A DNA stretch of 64,000 bases from an uncultured delta proteobacterium (GTDB lineage: Bacteria > Myxococcota > Myxococcia > Myxococcales > Myxococcaceae). The notes under the pieces are model-generated. The model was not told where the DNA came from. It did no database searches and saw only the letters and a list, made by a program, of their open reading frames with translations. The stretch is taken from the NCBI GenBank assembly GCA_963760425.1, contig CAVXCY010000001.1, positions 46,767 through 110,766 of the forward strand, given 5' to 3'. A program made the position numbers and the translations under genes. Shown here in pieces: positions 24,569 to 34,298 of the stretch (within the stretch, counting starts at the first letter, position 1; each line of letters begins with the position of its first letter).

Positions 24569-25795
24569 CTAGATGCCCCGCAGCACGGTGGCCTTGCCCA
24601 CCCGGCCCAGGGCAAGCACCGTGGCCGCGGTCCGAAGCAGAACCTGGCGGCTGCGGGAAACCTGCGCCACCCTGTCGTAGGCGTCCTTCATCGCGCGCTC
24701 CAGCTCAGCGTTGACCCGTTCCTCGTCCCAGGCGAGGTGCTGCAGGTTCTGCACCCACTCGAAGTAGCTCACCGTCACGCCCCCGGCGGAGGCGAGGATG
24801 TCCGGAACCACCACCACGCCGCGCTTCTCCAGCAGCGCATCCGCGTCCGCCTCGGTCGGACCGTTGGCCGCCTCCAGCACCACCCGGGCGCGGACTTCGG
24901 CGGCCACCTCTCGGGTGAGGACGCCTCCCAGCGAAGCCGGCACCAGGACGTCGCAGTCGGCGGTCAGCACGTCGACCGTCGTGCACGCCTCCCCCCCAGG
25001 AAAGCCCCGGACCGCGCCGAAGCGGCGGACATGCTCAAAAAGGGAGGGGAGGTCCAACCCCGACGCTTCCCGAACGCCCCCCGAGACGTCGCACACGGCG
25101 ACCACCCGGGCGCCCCCCTCCGCCAGCGCGCGTGCGGCGTGCGAACCGACGTTTCCAAAGCCGTGGATGGCCACCCGGGCGCCCGGTAGTGGCAGGCCCA
25201 GGTCGCGCAGCACCTCGCGTGCCACGTACAGCAGACCACGCCCAGTGGCCGCCTCGCGCCCGCGCGAACCGGCCAGCTCCAGCGGCTTGCCCGTCACCAC
25301 CGCCGGCGCGTGCCCATGGTGCTTGCCGTACTGGTCCATCACCCAGGCCATCACCTGGGGGTTGGTGTTGACGTCGGGCCCCAAGACGTCACGGGTGGGG
25401 CCGAGGACGTCCGCCAGCTGGTCGACGTACTTGCGCGTCAGCCGCTCCAGTTCCCGGGCAGTCAGCTGCGCTGGGTCCACGCGCACGCCGCCCTTACTGC
25501 CGCCGAAGGGCAAGTTCATCACCGCCGTCTTCCAAGTCATCAGCGAAGCCAGCGAAACCATCTCCTCGCCATCCACGCCCGAGTGGTAGCGCAAGCCCCC
25601 CTTCATCGGCCCGCGACTGTTGTCGTGCTGCACGCGCCAGCCGGAGAAGGTGCGGACCTCGCCCGCGTCCATCTCGATGCTCAGCTGGACCTTGATTTCG
25701 CGCAGCGGCGAGGCCAGCAGGGTCTCGATGCGGTCACCGATGTCCATCAGTCGGGCCGCGGTGCGGAAGTAGTGGGTGGTCGCGGCGAGGGACAT
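24569..25795 (-). CDS. gdhA: Glu/Leu/Phe/Val-family glutamate dehydrogenase
   Basis: GPMKGGLRYH, LPFGGSKGGVRVDP and IHGFGNVG. Confidence 0.92.
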   Translation of the reverse strand: MSLAATTHYFRTAARLMDIGDRIETLLASPLREIKVQLSIEMDAGEVRTFSGWRVQHDNSRGPMKGGLRYHSGVDGEEMVSLASLMTWKTAVMNLPFGGSKGGVRVDPAQLTARELERLTRKYVDQLADVLGPTRDVLGPDVNTNPQVMAWVMDQYGKHHGHAPAVVTGKPLELAGSRGREAATGRGLLYVAREVLRDLGLPLPGARVAIHGFGNVGSHAARALAEGGARVVAVCDVSGGVREASGLDLPSLFEHVRRFGAVRGFPGGEACTTVDVLTADCDVLVPASLGGVLTREVAAEVRARVVLEAANGPTEADADALLEKRGVVVVPDILASAGGVTVSYFEWVQNLQHLAWDEERVNAELERAMKDAYDRVAQVSRSRQVLLRTAATVLALGRVGKATVLRGI

Positions 25796-25798
25796 CGA

Positions 25799-27625
25799 CT
25801 ACCGGCGGCGTGCCCGCTCGATTTTCAGCGACTTGCCCTGGTGGGACTGGCCATCCAGCTTCTCGAAGGCGGGGGCGTCGGCCTCGGCCACGAAGGCATA
25901 GCTGTAGCTGGGCCGCAATTCGAGGCGAGCCAACTTTCCCATCGGCGCACCCAGCGCCTCGAGCGCAGCGCGCAGCCCGGCCTCGTCCAACCCCTCGGCA
26001 CTGCCGAGGTTGAGCCAAAGCCGGACCTGCCCGGCGACTTCTCCGCGCGGCCGGCGCGAAGGCTCTCCGGACGGGCTCGCCTCCGGGGGCCGGTCGCGCC
26101 GGGGCGGGCGCTCCCGACGGGCGCCGCTCGGCTTCGGCCCTCGGTCGGAACGCTCGCTGCGTTCAGGCCGCTCGCGCTTGGGCTCCCGCGGAGGCAGCCC
26201 GGCGGCCCGCTCCTCGGCCAACACGGCCTGCGCCTTGTCGATGCGGAGGTGGTGGAAGAAGGACTTGAGCAGGAAGCCAATCAAGTCGTCTGCGTCGGGC
26301 CGGCCTTTGAGCGCGCCGGCCAGGGCCAGGTAGCCCTCGTACACGCTCGAGGAGGCCGCCTCCTTGATGTCGCGCACATGCCGCTCGGTCCACAGCTTTA
26401 AGGCCTCCTCCGGGCTGGGCATCTGGCGCTTCTCGAAGGCGATGCCGTACTTCTTCTCCAGCGCGGACAGCGTGCCCAGCTCGCGACCTGAGATGAGATT
26501 GAGAGCAACGCCCTTTTTCCCGATGCGGCCGGTACGGCCCACGCGGTGCAGGTACACCGCCGGGTCCTCGGGCAGCGAGTAGTTGATGACGTACTGCAGG
26601 TCCGAGATGTCGATGCCCCGTGCGGCGATGTCGGTCGCGACCATGAAGGCGACCTCACCGCGCTTCACCTTGGCCATCACCCGCTCGCGCTCCGACTGGG
26701 GAAGGTCCCCGTTCAGTAGCTCGGCGTCGAAGCCGGTACGGTTCAGCACCGCCGTCACCAGCGCCGTGTCGTCCCGGGTGTTGCAGAAGATGATGGCGTT
26801 GTCCGGCTCCTCCATCTCCAGCACGTAGATGAGGTTGCGCGGCTTCGGGTAGTTGTCGGTGACGTCGTAACGGATGTGGTGGATGTGGTCGACGGTGAGC
26901 ACGTCTCCGGAGAGCAGCAGGGCTTCCGGAGAGGTGGTGTATTTGGCGATGAGCCGCTGAATGTCGGGCGGGACGGTGGCACTAAAGAGCAGCACCTGCC
27001 TTCCGGCCGGCAGGCAGTCGAGGATGCGGGTGACTTCCTCGAAGAACCCCTGGTTCAGCATCTCATCTGCCTCGTCCAGCACGACGTGGCGGCAACCCCC
27101 CAGTTTCAAATTTTTCCGTCGGATGTGGTCATAGACGCGTCCCGGCGTTCCCACCACGATGTGCACCCCGGACTCGAGCGCGTCCTCCTGGGCTTTCATC
27201 GAGGCGCCACCGTAGATGGCCGCCACCTTGACGCCCTTGTACTTGCCCAGGTCGCCCACCTCGGCCGCCACCTGGAGGGCGAGCTCGCGGGTGGGACAGA
27301 GCACCAGGGCCCGGACCTCCTTGTCCGCCGCGTCGATGCGCTCGAGCAGCGGCAGCCCGAAGGCCGCCGTCTTCCCGGTGCCTGTCTTGCTTCGGACAAT
27401 GAGGTCGCGGCCGGCCAGCGTCGGGGCGAAGGCCTTGGCTTGGACCGGCGTCGGCCGCGCGTAGCCACGTTCGGCAAGGGCGCGGCGAACCTCGGGAGAA
27501 ATGGGAAGGTCGTCGAAGCCGATGTCAGCGACGTAGTCCTGGGGACTGTCGGTCGGCGAACCATCCTCGGCGCCCCCGCCGCCCGAAGGTGGCGTGGGCG
27601 AGGACGCAGGAAAAGTGTCTGTCAT
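25799..27625 (-). CDS. DEAD-box ATP-dependent RNA helicase with R/E/P-rich linker and C-terminal DbpA-like RNA-binding domain
   Basis: Q-motif region PTPVQ, SKTGTGKTAAF, VLDEADEML, SAT and HRVGRTGR. Confidence 0.93.
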   Translation of the reverse strand: MTDTFPASSPTPPSGGGGAEDGSPTDSPQDYVADIGFDDLPISPEVRRALAERGYARPTPVQAKAFAPTLAGRDLIVRSKTGTGKTAAFGLPLLERIDAADKEVRALVLCPTRELALQVAAEVGDLGKYKGVKVAAIYGGASMKAQEDALESGVHIVVGTPGRVYDHIRRKNLKLGGCRHVVLDEADEMLNQGFFEEVTRILDCLPAGRQVLLFSATVPPDIQRLIAKYTTSPEALLLSGDVLTVDHIHHIRYDVTDNYPKPRNLIYVLEMEEPDNAIIFCNTRDDTALVTAVLNRTGFDAELLNGDLPQSERERVMAKVKRGEVAFMVATDIAARGIDISDLQYVINYSLPEDPAVYLHRVGRTGRIGKKGVALNLISGRELGTLSALEKKYGIAFEKRQMPSPEEALKLWTERHVRDIKEAASSSVYEGYLALAGALKGRPDADDLIGFLLKSFFHHLRIDKAQAVLAEERAAGLPPREPKRERPERSERSDRGPKPSGARRERPPRRDRPPEASPSGEPSRRPRGEVAGQVRLWLNLGSAEGLDEAGLRAALEALGAPMGKLARLELRPSYSYAFVAEADAPAFEKLDGQSHQGKSLKIERARRR

Positions 27626-27684
27626 CTGTGGACAGGGGGCTTAATCCCTGGGGGCGTCTCTGGCAATGTCCCGCGCCGACAACG

Positions 27685-28827
27685 ATGGCCAAGTCGCGAA
27701 AGACCAAAGCCCCCTCCAAAGTGAAGCGCCGACCGGCGAAGGCCCGGGCCGCACCTCGGCGTCCGCCTGCCAAGCGTGCGGTGTCTCCGCCTCCGCCAGG
27801 GGCCGCGCGCAAGGCGCCCGCGGTGGCGCCGGAGCCCGGCGCAACGGCCGCGTCGGCCCAAACCCAGAAGGCCCAGGTGGTGGTGTCGGAGGTGGAGGCG
27901 CCCGCGGAGGACGAGGTGGTCGAGGAGGTTGACGCGCCTCCGGCGGCGGAGACATCACGTGGTCTGGAGCGGGCAGACCCGCTGCGGGCCTACATGGCCG
28001 AGGTGCAGCGTCACCCGCTTTTGACCCGCGAGGAGGAGACGGCGCTGGCGCGCCGTTACCGCACCACGGGAGACCTGGTGGCGGCAGCCCAGCTCGTCTC
28101 CGCCAACCTGCGCCTGGTGGTGAAGCTCGCCCACGAGTACCAGCGCAACCCCATCGCCCTGCTCGACCTCATCCAGGAGGGCAACATCGGCCTGATGCAA
28201 GCGGTGAAGAAGTTCGACCCGGAGCGTGGCGTCAAGCTGTCCACCTACGCCGCCTGGTGGATTCGCGCCTACCTCCTCCGCTACATCATGGACAACTGGA
28301 AGATGGTAAAGCTGGGCACCACCGAGGCCCAGCGGAAGCTCTTCTTCAAGCTGCGCCAGGAGCAGCAGCGCCTCATCTCGCAGGGGGTTGAGCCGAGCCC
28401 GAAGCTTCTGGCCGAGCGGCTCCACGTCACCGAGAAGGACGTGGAGGAGATGGACCAGCGTCTCGGTCAGGACGAGGTCTCGCTGGATGCCCCGGTCGGT
28501 GAGGACGGCAAGACCACCCGCGCCGAGCGCCTCATGCCTGCCAGTTCGGTGCAGGGCGCCGACGACCAGCTGGCCAGCGAGCAGGTGAAGCGCCTCTTCC
28601 GGGACAAGCTGGGCGACTTCGCCAAGGAGCTGGAGGGCAAGGAAAAGTACATTTTTGAGAAGCGGCTCATCGCCGATGACCCGATGACGCTTCAGGACAT
28701 CGGTACCCACTTCGGCGTGTCCCGCGAGCGTGCCCGCCAAATCGAAGCGCAGCTCATCGGGCGCATCCGCGAGCACCTGCGGCGGGAGATTCCGGACTTC
28801 GACGTGGTGGCCAAGCCAGACCGCTGA
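27685..28827 (+). CDS. RpoH-family (sigma-32-like) RNA polymerase sigma factor with a ~100-aa N-terminal extension
   Basis: Region 2 DLIQEGNIGLMQAVKKFDPERGVKLSTYAAWWIRAY. RpoH-box-like AQRKLFFKLRQ. Region 4 MTLQDIGTHFGVSRERARQIEAQ. ATG 27685 chosen within ORF 27589..28827. Confidence 0.9.
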   Translation: MAKSRKTKAPSKVKRRPAKARAAPRRPPAKRAVSPPPPGAARKAPAVAPEPGATAASAQTQKAQVVVSEVEAPAEDEVVEEVDAPPAAETSRGLERADPLRAYMAEVQRHPLLTREEETALARRYRTTGDLVAAAQLVSANLRLVVKLAHEYQRNPIALLDLIQEGNIGLMQAVKKFDPERGVKLSTYAAWWIRAYLLRYIMDNWKMVKLGTTEAQRKLFFKLRQEQQRLISQGVEPSPKLLAERLHVTEKDVEEMDQRLGQDEVSLDAPVGEDGKTTRAERLMPASSVQGADDQLASEQVKRLFRDKLGDFAKELEGKEKYIFEKRLIADDPMTLQDIGTHFGVSRERARQIEAQLIGRIREHLRREIPDFDVVAKPDR

Positions 28828-28828
28828 A

Positions 28829-28855
28829 GGCCGGTGCGGGAGCGCCTCACCGGCC
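28829..28855 (+). terminator. GC-rich hairpin after the sigma-factor gene
   Basis: GGCCGGTG-11 nt-CACCGGCC starting 2 nt after the stop. No U-tract, so only a candidate. Confidence 0.35.
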
Positions 28856-28883
28856 AGCGGGCGGCGTGGGCGATTGGTCCGGG

Positions 28884-30260
28884 CTAGCGAATCTGCAGGT
28901 TGTCGAAGTGCACCGGCGACTCCCACCCGGAGAAGGCGAAATAGGCGTGGGACGGGCCCCGCAGGGGCGCCGGGTCGCTGAGGGTCAAAAACGGCACGCC
29001 GTCGATGCTCCAGGAGATGGCGCCGCCCTTGCGCTGGATGAGCCAGTGGTAGCGGCGCCCCGGTTCCACGCGCGGGGCCGTGCGCTCGGCAACGCTGGGC
29101 CCATGCTCCTCCTGCCGGGCCAGCACGCTCTTGGTGTTCTTCCAGCCGCCGAAGACGAAGACGTAGCCGGTGGCATCGTAGGCGGCCTCCGGGGCGCCGG
29201 CATGCGCGCTCCGTCCGTCTCCCCAGGCCTCCACTTTGATGTCGCCATCCGGGCTGTCGGTCCAGGCGTCGAACTCAATGGTTGCGTCCTCGGGGATGGG
29301 ACGGCGCAGCCATACCGGATGGTTGTGCGCGTGCTCCACGCTGAGCACGCCGTTCTCCAGGCGCACGGCGGTCGGGTCGGTGGCGAGCCAGTCCTTGCCC
29401 AGGGCGCTTCGCTCGAAGTCGTCGCTTGACGGACCGGGTCCGAGCTCAGGCACCACCGCTTCTGCGGCGAACGGCGCCGCGTCCAGTGGCGTGACGCGGA
29501 AATTGTCGTAGTAGACGTCGCCCTCCACGCTGGAGAGCCCCACCCGGTCGTGCCAGGGGCCGCGCAGTGGCAGGGGGTCGCGAAACTCGACGATGCGCTG
29601 GCCATCCACCCACCAGCGCAGCGTGTCGCCACGGCGCTCCACCCGCATCCGGTACACCCGTCCGGGTTCGATGCTGACGGGGGGACCTTCCACCCGCACG
29701 CCTGAGTTGGGCCCGTACCCCACCGCCATCAGCGAGCTCGCGCCGGCCAGACGGGCCTTCTCCTGCCAGCGCTGCAGGGTGGGAGCGTTCTCGTCCAGGC
29801 GCACCAGCGTGGCTGGCAGACGCCCCGTGACCCCTACCGCGTTCCACGGCGCGTAGACCAGCTCGTACCCGGAGAGGTGGTCGTACCCATTGCCGAAGAG
29901 CTCGACTCGGATTTCGCCGTCCTGGCTCGGCGCATGAGCGTCGAATTCGACGGACACGTTGTCGGGAAGGGTGGCCTTCAGCCAGAGGGGGTTGTTCTTC
30001 GTCCCCGGGGAGAGCAGCTCCCCATTCACCACGCGGGGGAAGCCTCCCAGGCTGTGGTAGTGCGCCGCGACCGTGCCGGGGTCACTGAAGGTGTCGACGA
30101 AGGGCAGGGGGACGCCGGCCTGGGGGAGGGGGCGGAACGGTCGAATGAGCAGCGGGATGTTCACCGCCAGGACGAGGGCCAGCAGAATCAGCCAGCCCCG
30201 TCGCCCAAGGCGCTCGCCGGAGGCTGCCGGAGCGCTCGAGGTTGCCTTGGCGGCGCTCAC
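28884..30260 (-). CDS. membrane-anchored protein with two DUF1080/LamG-like (concanavalin-type) domains
   Basis: GTG 30260. N-terminal anchor GWLILLALVLAVNIPLLI. Two similar modules end in ..HDRVGLSSVEGDVYYDNFRV and ..SHAYFAFSGWESPVHFDNLQI. The N-terminal 199 aa of the long ORF were rejected. Confidence 0.7.
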   Translation of the reverse strand: MSAAKATSSAPAASGERLGRRGWLILLALVLAVNIPLLIRPFRPLPQAGVPLPFVDTFSDPGTVAAHYHSLGGFPRVVNGELLSPGTKNNPLWLKATLPDNVSVEFDAHAPSQDGEIRVELFGNGYDHLSGYELVYAPWNAVGVTGRLPATLVRLDENAPTLQRWQEKARLAGASSLMAVGYGPNSGVRVEGPPVSIEPGRVYRMRVERRGDTLRWWVDGQRIVEFRDPLPLRGPWHDRVGLSSVEGDVYYDNFRVTPLDAAPFAAEAVVPELGPGPSSDDFERSALGKDWLATDPTAVRLENGVLSVEHAHNHPVWLRRPIPEDATIEFDAWTDSPDGDIKVEAWGDGRSAHAGAPEAAYDATGYVFVFGGWKNTKSVLARQEEHGPSVAERTAPRVEPGRRYHWLIQRKGGAISWSIDGVPFLTLSDPAPLRGPSHAYFAFSGWESPVHFDNLQIR

Positions 30261-30943
30261 CCGTCGGCCCTCTTCAAGGCTCCAGGGGGGGCGGTGCTGT
30301 TGCCGGTCCGCGGCCCGGTCGGGGTCTTCATCGAGGCCGCGAGTTGTACCACTGCTCCGCCAAAGGCCACCCCGCCGGCGGCGGCGAGGAGCCACAGGGG
30401 ATGCGTCCGCGCCAACTCGGTCACCGCCGGCACGCCTTGGAGGAGGCGAAGCAGACCGAGCAACAGCAGTGCGGCACCGGTGGTCGCCGCGACCAGCACG
30501 CGCAGGGGCCGGTGAAGCACGCCCGCCACCGCGCTGGCCAGAAGCGCCGCCGGGACGAAGCCCAGTAGAAACCCGGTGTTTCCCACCAGTCCACCGAAGG
30601 CCAGGCCGACGGGGGCACCGAAGGCGATGGCCACCACCACCGAAGGCGCCAGCGCGCCGATGCCGAAGAGGACCAGGGCCGAGCCGATCGCGACGGCCGT
30701 CTCGCTCCCGGCCAGTCCCAGCGGCCCCGCCAGCGCCTCCCCCCACAGCAGGCCGAGCAGCGCCCCCACCGGCGCGGCGATGACGCGAAACGCCTTCCCG
30801 CCGCCGACCACCAGCAGAAATCCACCAACGACGGCTACCCCGAGGCCTAGCAGCCACGGCAGCCGGGCGGACAGCGAGAGCCAGACCGCCGGGTCCGAGC
30901 TGCGGAAGACGCTGAGGGCGTTGGTGAGGAGGCCGGAATTCAC
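30257..30943 (-). CDS. glycine-rich polytopic membrane protein, hypothetical
   Basis: About 228 aa with 6-7 Gly/Ala/Leu-rich hydrophobic segments. GTG start overlaps the upstream stop (GTGA), and its stop overlaps the downstream GTG. Confidence 0.6.
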   Translation of the reverse strand: MNSGLLTNALSVFRSSDPAVWLSLSARLPWLLGLGVAVVGGFLLVVGGGKAFRVIAAPVGALLGLLWGEALAGPLGLAGSETAVAIGSALVLFGIGALAPSVVVAIAFGAPVGLAFGGLVGNTGFLLGFVPAALLASAVAGVLHRPLRVLVAATTGAALLLLGLLRLLQGVPAVTELARTHPLWLLAAAGGVAFGGAVVQLAASMKTPTGPRTGNSTAPPGALKRADG

Positions 30944-31200
30944 GGGTGTGCGCGGACGACGGCGAGCAGGACGAGGGCGAGCATCAGCACCAGAGCGAAG
31001 GCGCCGTACAGCAGGACGGGCCACGCCACGTCGGTTCGCTTCAGGAGGTCCCTGGCCTCCGCCGCCGCTGCGGGCGAGGGCGGGGCCACCAGCACCGCCT
31101 CCGCCAGACGGCGCGCCGCCACCACGTCTCCGGCATCCCTCGCCCGCCACGCCGCCTGCAGGGGCTCGCTCCGCTGCTCGCTTCTGTCGGTCTTGGCCAT
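30940..31200 (-). CDS. small tail-anchored membrane protein, hypothetical
   Basis: 86 aa. Soluble helical N-terminus (MAKTDRSEQRSEPLQAAW..), then a single C-terminal TM WPVLLYGAFALVLMLALVLLAVV. Confidence 0.5.
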   Translation of the reverse strand: MAKTDRSEQRSEPLQAAWRARDAGDVVAARRLAEAVLVAPPSPAAAAEARDLLKRTDVAWPVLLYGAFALVLMLALVLLAVVRAHP

Positions 31201-31242
31201 CGTGCGCCCGGCTCTATAGCGCAGGAATGGCCGTGGCCGTCG

Positions 31243-32013
31243 ATGGTATCTCTCCTTCACCCCATGCCCGGTCCTCCCATTCCACGGCGAGCGCTGCTGG
31301 CCGCCCTCTCAGGCCTGTTTCTGCCAAGGCGGGCTTATGCCTTCGGAGACGGCTCGCGCTTCGTCCCGGCGGTGGCCCAGCACGGGGGGCACTGGAATGC
31401 GCGCCTGTCCGGCCTGCGCCGCATCGCCTGGGAGCTCCAGCGGCGGACCTCTGTCGAGGTGGTGGCCGAGGCGCGCCCGCTGGCTCTCAACACCCGGCTG
31501 TTCGACTTTCCGTTCATTTACTTCGGAGGGGAGGGCGACTTCCCGCCGCTGGCGCCGGCGGAAGTGGAGACCCTCCGCCGCTACCTTACCTACGGCGGCT
31601 TTGTGCTGGCCGACGCCAACGACGGCTCCTCCGGGAGCGGCTTCGACGCCGCCTTCCGCCGGGAAATGGCCCGCCTGCTGCCCGCCTCCCCGCTCCAGCC
31701 GCTGCCGTCCACCCACGTCGTCTTCAAGTCCTTCTACTTGCTCGATTCAGCCCCGGGCAGGCTGTTCACCCACCCCCAGCTGCAGGCGGCGCTGATTGGC
31801 GGCCGGGCAGCAGTCCTCTACTCCCAGAACGACCTGGCGGGAGCCTGGGCGCGTGATGAGGGCGGCGACTATGCCTTCGAGGTCGTCCCGGGAGGGGAGG
31901 CCCAGCGCGAGCTCGCGGTCCGGACCGGCATCAACATCTGCATGTACGCGCTGTGCCTGGACTACAAGGATGACGCGGTCCACCTGCCGTTGATTCTCAA
32001 GAAGCGCAGATGA
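31243..32013 (+). CDS. DUF4159 domain-containing protein
   Basis: Signal-like N-terminus, then FDFPFIYFGGEGDFP..LRRYLTYGGFVLADANDGS..HVVFKSFYLL..NDLAGAW, which I recognise as the DUF4159 pattern. Alternative start ATG 31264. Confidence 0.8.
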   Translation: MVSLLHPMPGPPIPRRALLAALSGLFLPRRAYAFGDGSRFVPAVAQHGGHWNARLSGLRRIAWELQRRTSVEVVAEARPLALNTRLFDFPFIYFGGEGDFPPLAPAEVETLRRYLTYGGFVLADANDGSSGSGFDAAFRREMARLLPASPLQPLPSTHVVFKSFYLLDSAPGRLFTHPQLQAALIGGRAAVLYSQNDLAGAWARDEGGDYAFEVVPGGEAQRELAVRTGINICMYALCLDYKDDAVHLPLILKKRR

Positions 32014-34298
32014 CCGGGGCGGACTCGACGGCCTGGAAGCTGGTGAGCCTGTCCCCGCTGCCAAGCTGGGCGCTCGCCCTGCTCGGCGCGGCGGTGGCGA
32101 TGGGCGTCGTCCTCGCCGCCGCCGGCCTTCGGCGGGAGCCCTCGCTCGGCCGCCGCGGGGTGCTTCTCGGCCTGCGCACCGTGGCCGCCGCCGCCGCCCT
32201 GGTCCTTCTGCTCGAGCCGGGCGTGCGCACCGTGCAGGTGGCCCGGGTAAAGAACCGGGTGGCCGTGCTGGTGGACCGGACCGCCTCCATGACGCTTCCC
32301 GCTGGTCCAGGGGCGGGCAGTCGGAGCGCGGCGGTGGCCGAGGCCCTGGGGCGCATCGCCCCCGGCCTGAAGGCCCTGGAGGACCGCTTCAGCGTGGAGA
32401 TGCTGGGGTTCGAACCGGCCCTGGTGCCGGTCAGTGAGGAGATTCTTCGGGGCGCGCCGGCGTCGGGGGCGCGCACGGACCTACTAGGGGCCCTCCGCGC
32501 CCTGCGTGCGACCGACACCGGGGGGAGCCGGAAGCTGTCCGGCGTGCTGCTCTTTTCCGACGGAGCGGACAATACCGAGCTGCAGGGGGGGGTGTCGGCC
32601 CGCGCCAGCGCGGAGCTGGCCGGGCTGGGCTTCCCCGTCTCGACGGTGCAGGTCGGGGACTCCTCGCTGCTCGACGTGGCGCTGGAGAACTTGAAAGTGG
32701 ATGACTTTGCCTTCGTGCGCAATGCCGTGGCGGTGGAGGTCGAGCTTCGGGTGAGGGGCCTCCCCGGGCGCGACGTGCCGGTGGTCCTCGAACGCGAGGG
32801 GCAGGTCCTCGGTACCAAGACCGTCCACATCACCGGCGCGGACGAGACCACCCAAGTTTCCTTCACCTTTACGCCGGACCAGACGGGACGCTTCGTCTAC
32901 ACCCTCAGCGCCCCCGTCTTTCCCGGAGAGGCGGTGACGGAGAACAACACCCGCAGCTTCGTGCTGAAGGTGATTCGCGACCGAGTCCGCGTGCTGCTGG
33001 TGGTGGGCCGCCCGTCCTGGGACGAGCGATTCTTGCGTGGCCTTCTGCGGCAGGACGCCAACGTCGACCTGGTGTCCTTCTACATTCTGCGCACCAGCAG
33101 TGACGACACCCAGACTCGCAACCCCGAGCGCGAGCTGTCCCTCATCCCGTTCCCGATGGAGGAGATTTTCGATGCCAAGCTGAGCACCTTCGACGTGGTC
33201 ATTTTCCAGAACTTCGGTCACTCGGACCCCCAGCTGTCCATCGCGCAGTACGAGCGGAAGCTCGAGCAGTACGTCGCCAACGGCGGGGCGCTGGTGGCCA
33301 TCGGCGGCGACCGGGCCTTCGGCGATGGGCGCACCAGCTACCCGATTCTCGACCGGGCCCTACCGGTGGACGCGGTCGGTCAGGCCGCCAGCGTCTCCCC
33401 CTTCCGGCTGCACCTGACGGCGGAGGGCCAGCGGCACCCCGTCACCAGCGTCTTGCCAACGGGGACGGCCTCGCTGGCGGCCTGGGATGAATTGCCGGCC
33501 GCCTCCGGCGTCAACCTGGTGCGCGCGAAACCGGGGGCGACCGTCTTGCTCGACCATCCCGGACTGTTGGTCGATGCCAAGCCGGCTCCGGTGCTGGCGC
33601 TTTGGGAGCACGGCCGTGGGCGAGCGATGGCGCTGATGACGGATGATAGCTGGACCTGGGCCTTCACCGTCCACCGCAACGGGGACCCAAGCCGGCTGTA
33701 CGACCGCTTCTGGGGAAACGCGCTGCGCTGGCTGGTGCGCGACCCGGACCTCACCACGCTGCAAGTCTCCGCCGACCCGCCGTCCGTCGAGCCAGGGACT
33801 CCGGTTGGAGCGGCGGTGACGGCAAGGGAGGCCGACTACCAGCCAGCGGCAGGCGCGGACGTTACCGTCGAGCTGTCGAGTGTCCGGGACCACCACGTGG
33901 TGGGCACCGCGCGGGCCACCACCGGCGCGGACGGCATGGCGCACGTCAGCTTCCCGCCCCAGCCGGTGGGCGCCTACCGCGTGCGTGCCTCGGCCCGGTC
34001 CGGGGAGCGAGCGCTCGGCGAGGCAGAGGATGCAGTGGCGGTGCGGACGCAGGGCCCGGAGCTCACCGACGCGACGGTGCGGACCGACATCCTCGGCGCG
34101 CTGGCCCGAGCCACGGGCGGCAAGGTCTACGGGCTGCCGCTTCAGGCCCTGCCGGACTTCCCGCTGCTCGACCCCCCCGTGGTCGAGGTGGGGCGCAGCA
34201 GAGACCGACCCGTCTGGGACCGCTGGGAGTGGCTGTGCCTGCTGGGCACCGCCCTCGGCCTGGAGTGGGTCCTGCGCCGTCACTTCGGGTACGTCTGA
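32010..34298 (+). CDS. BatA-like membrane protein (N-terminal double-TM, vWA-like and class-I GATase-like domains)
   Basis: Two N-terminal TM helices. vWA-like VAVLVDRTASM...LLFSDGADNT. GATase1-like VRVLLVVGRPSWDERFL..FDVVIFQNFG..GGALVAIGG. The ATG overlaps the upstream stop (ATGA). Confidence 0.8.
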   Translation: MTGADSTAWKLVSLSPLPSWALALLGAAVAMGVVLAAAGLRREPSLGRRGVLLGLRTVAAAAALVLLLEPGVRTVQVARVKNRVAVLVDRTASMTLPAGPGAGSRSAAVAEALGRIAPGLKALEDRFSVEMLGFEPALVPVSEEILRGAPASGARTDLLGALRALRATDTGGSRKLSGVLLFSDGADNTELQGGVSARASAELAGLGFPVSTVQVGDSSLLDVALENLKVDDFAFVRNAVAVEVELRVRGLPGRDVPVVLEREGQVLGTKTVHITGADETTQVSFTFTPDQTGRFVYTLSAPVFPGEAVTENNTRSFVLKVIRDRVRVLLVVGRPSWDERFLRGLLRQDANVDLVSFYILRTSSDDTQTRNPERELSLIPFPMEEIFDAKLSTFDVVIFQNFGHSDPQLSIAQYERKLEQYVANGGALVAIGGDRAFGDGRTSYPILDRALPVDAVGQAASVSPFRLHLTAEGQRHPVTSVLPTGTASLAAWDELPAASGVNLVRAKPGATVLLDHPGLLVDAKPAPVLALWEHGRGRAMALMTDDSWTWAFTVHRNGDPSRLYDRFWGNALRWLVRDPDLTTLQVSADPPSVEPGTPVGAAVTAREADYQPAAGADVTVELSSVRDHHVVGTARATTGADGMAHVSFPPQPVGAYRVRASARSGERALGEAEDAVAVRTQGPELTDATVRTDILGALARATGGKVYGLPLQALPDFPLLDPPVVEVGRSRDRPVWDRWEWLCLLGTALGLEWVLRRHFGYV

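Noticed and set aside
28884-30857. 657-aa ORF as one protein
   Set aside because: The N-terminal ~199 aa are Arg/Gly/Pro-rich. They overlap, in another frame, a convincing polytopic membrane protein gene (30257..30943). GTG 30260 immediately precedes a proper TM anchor.
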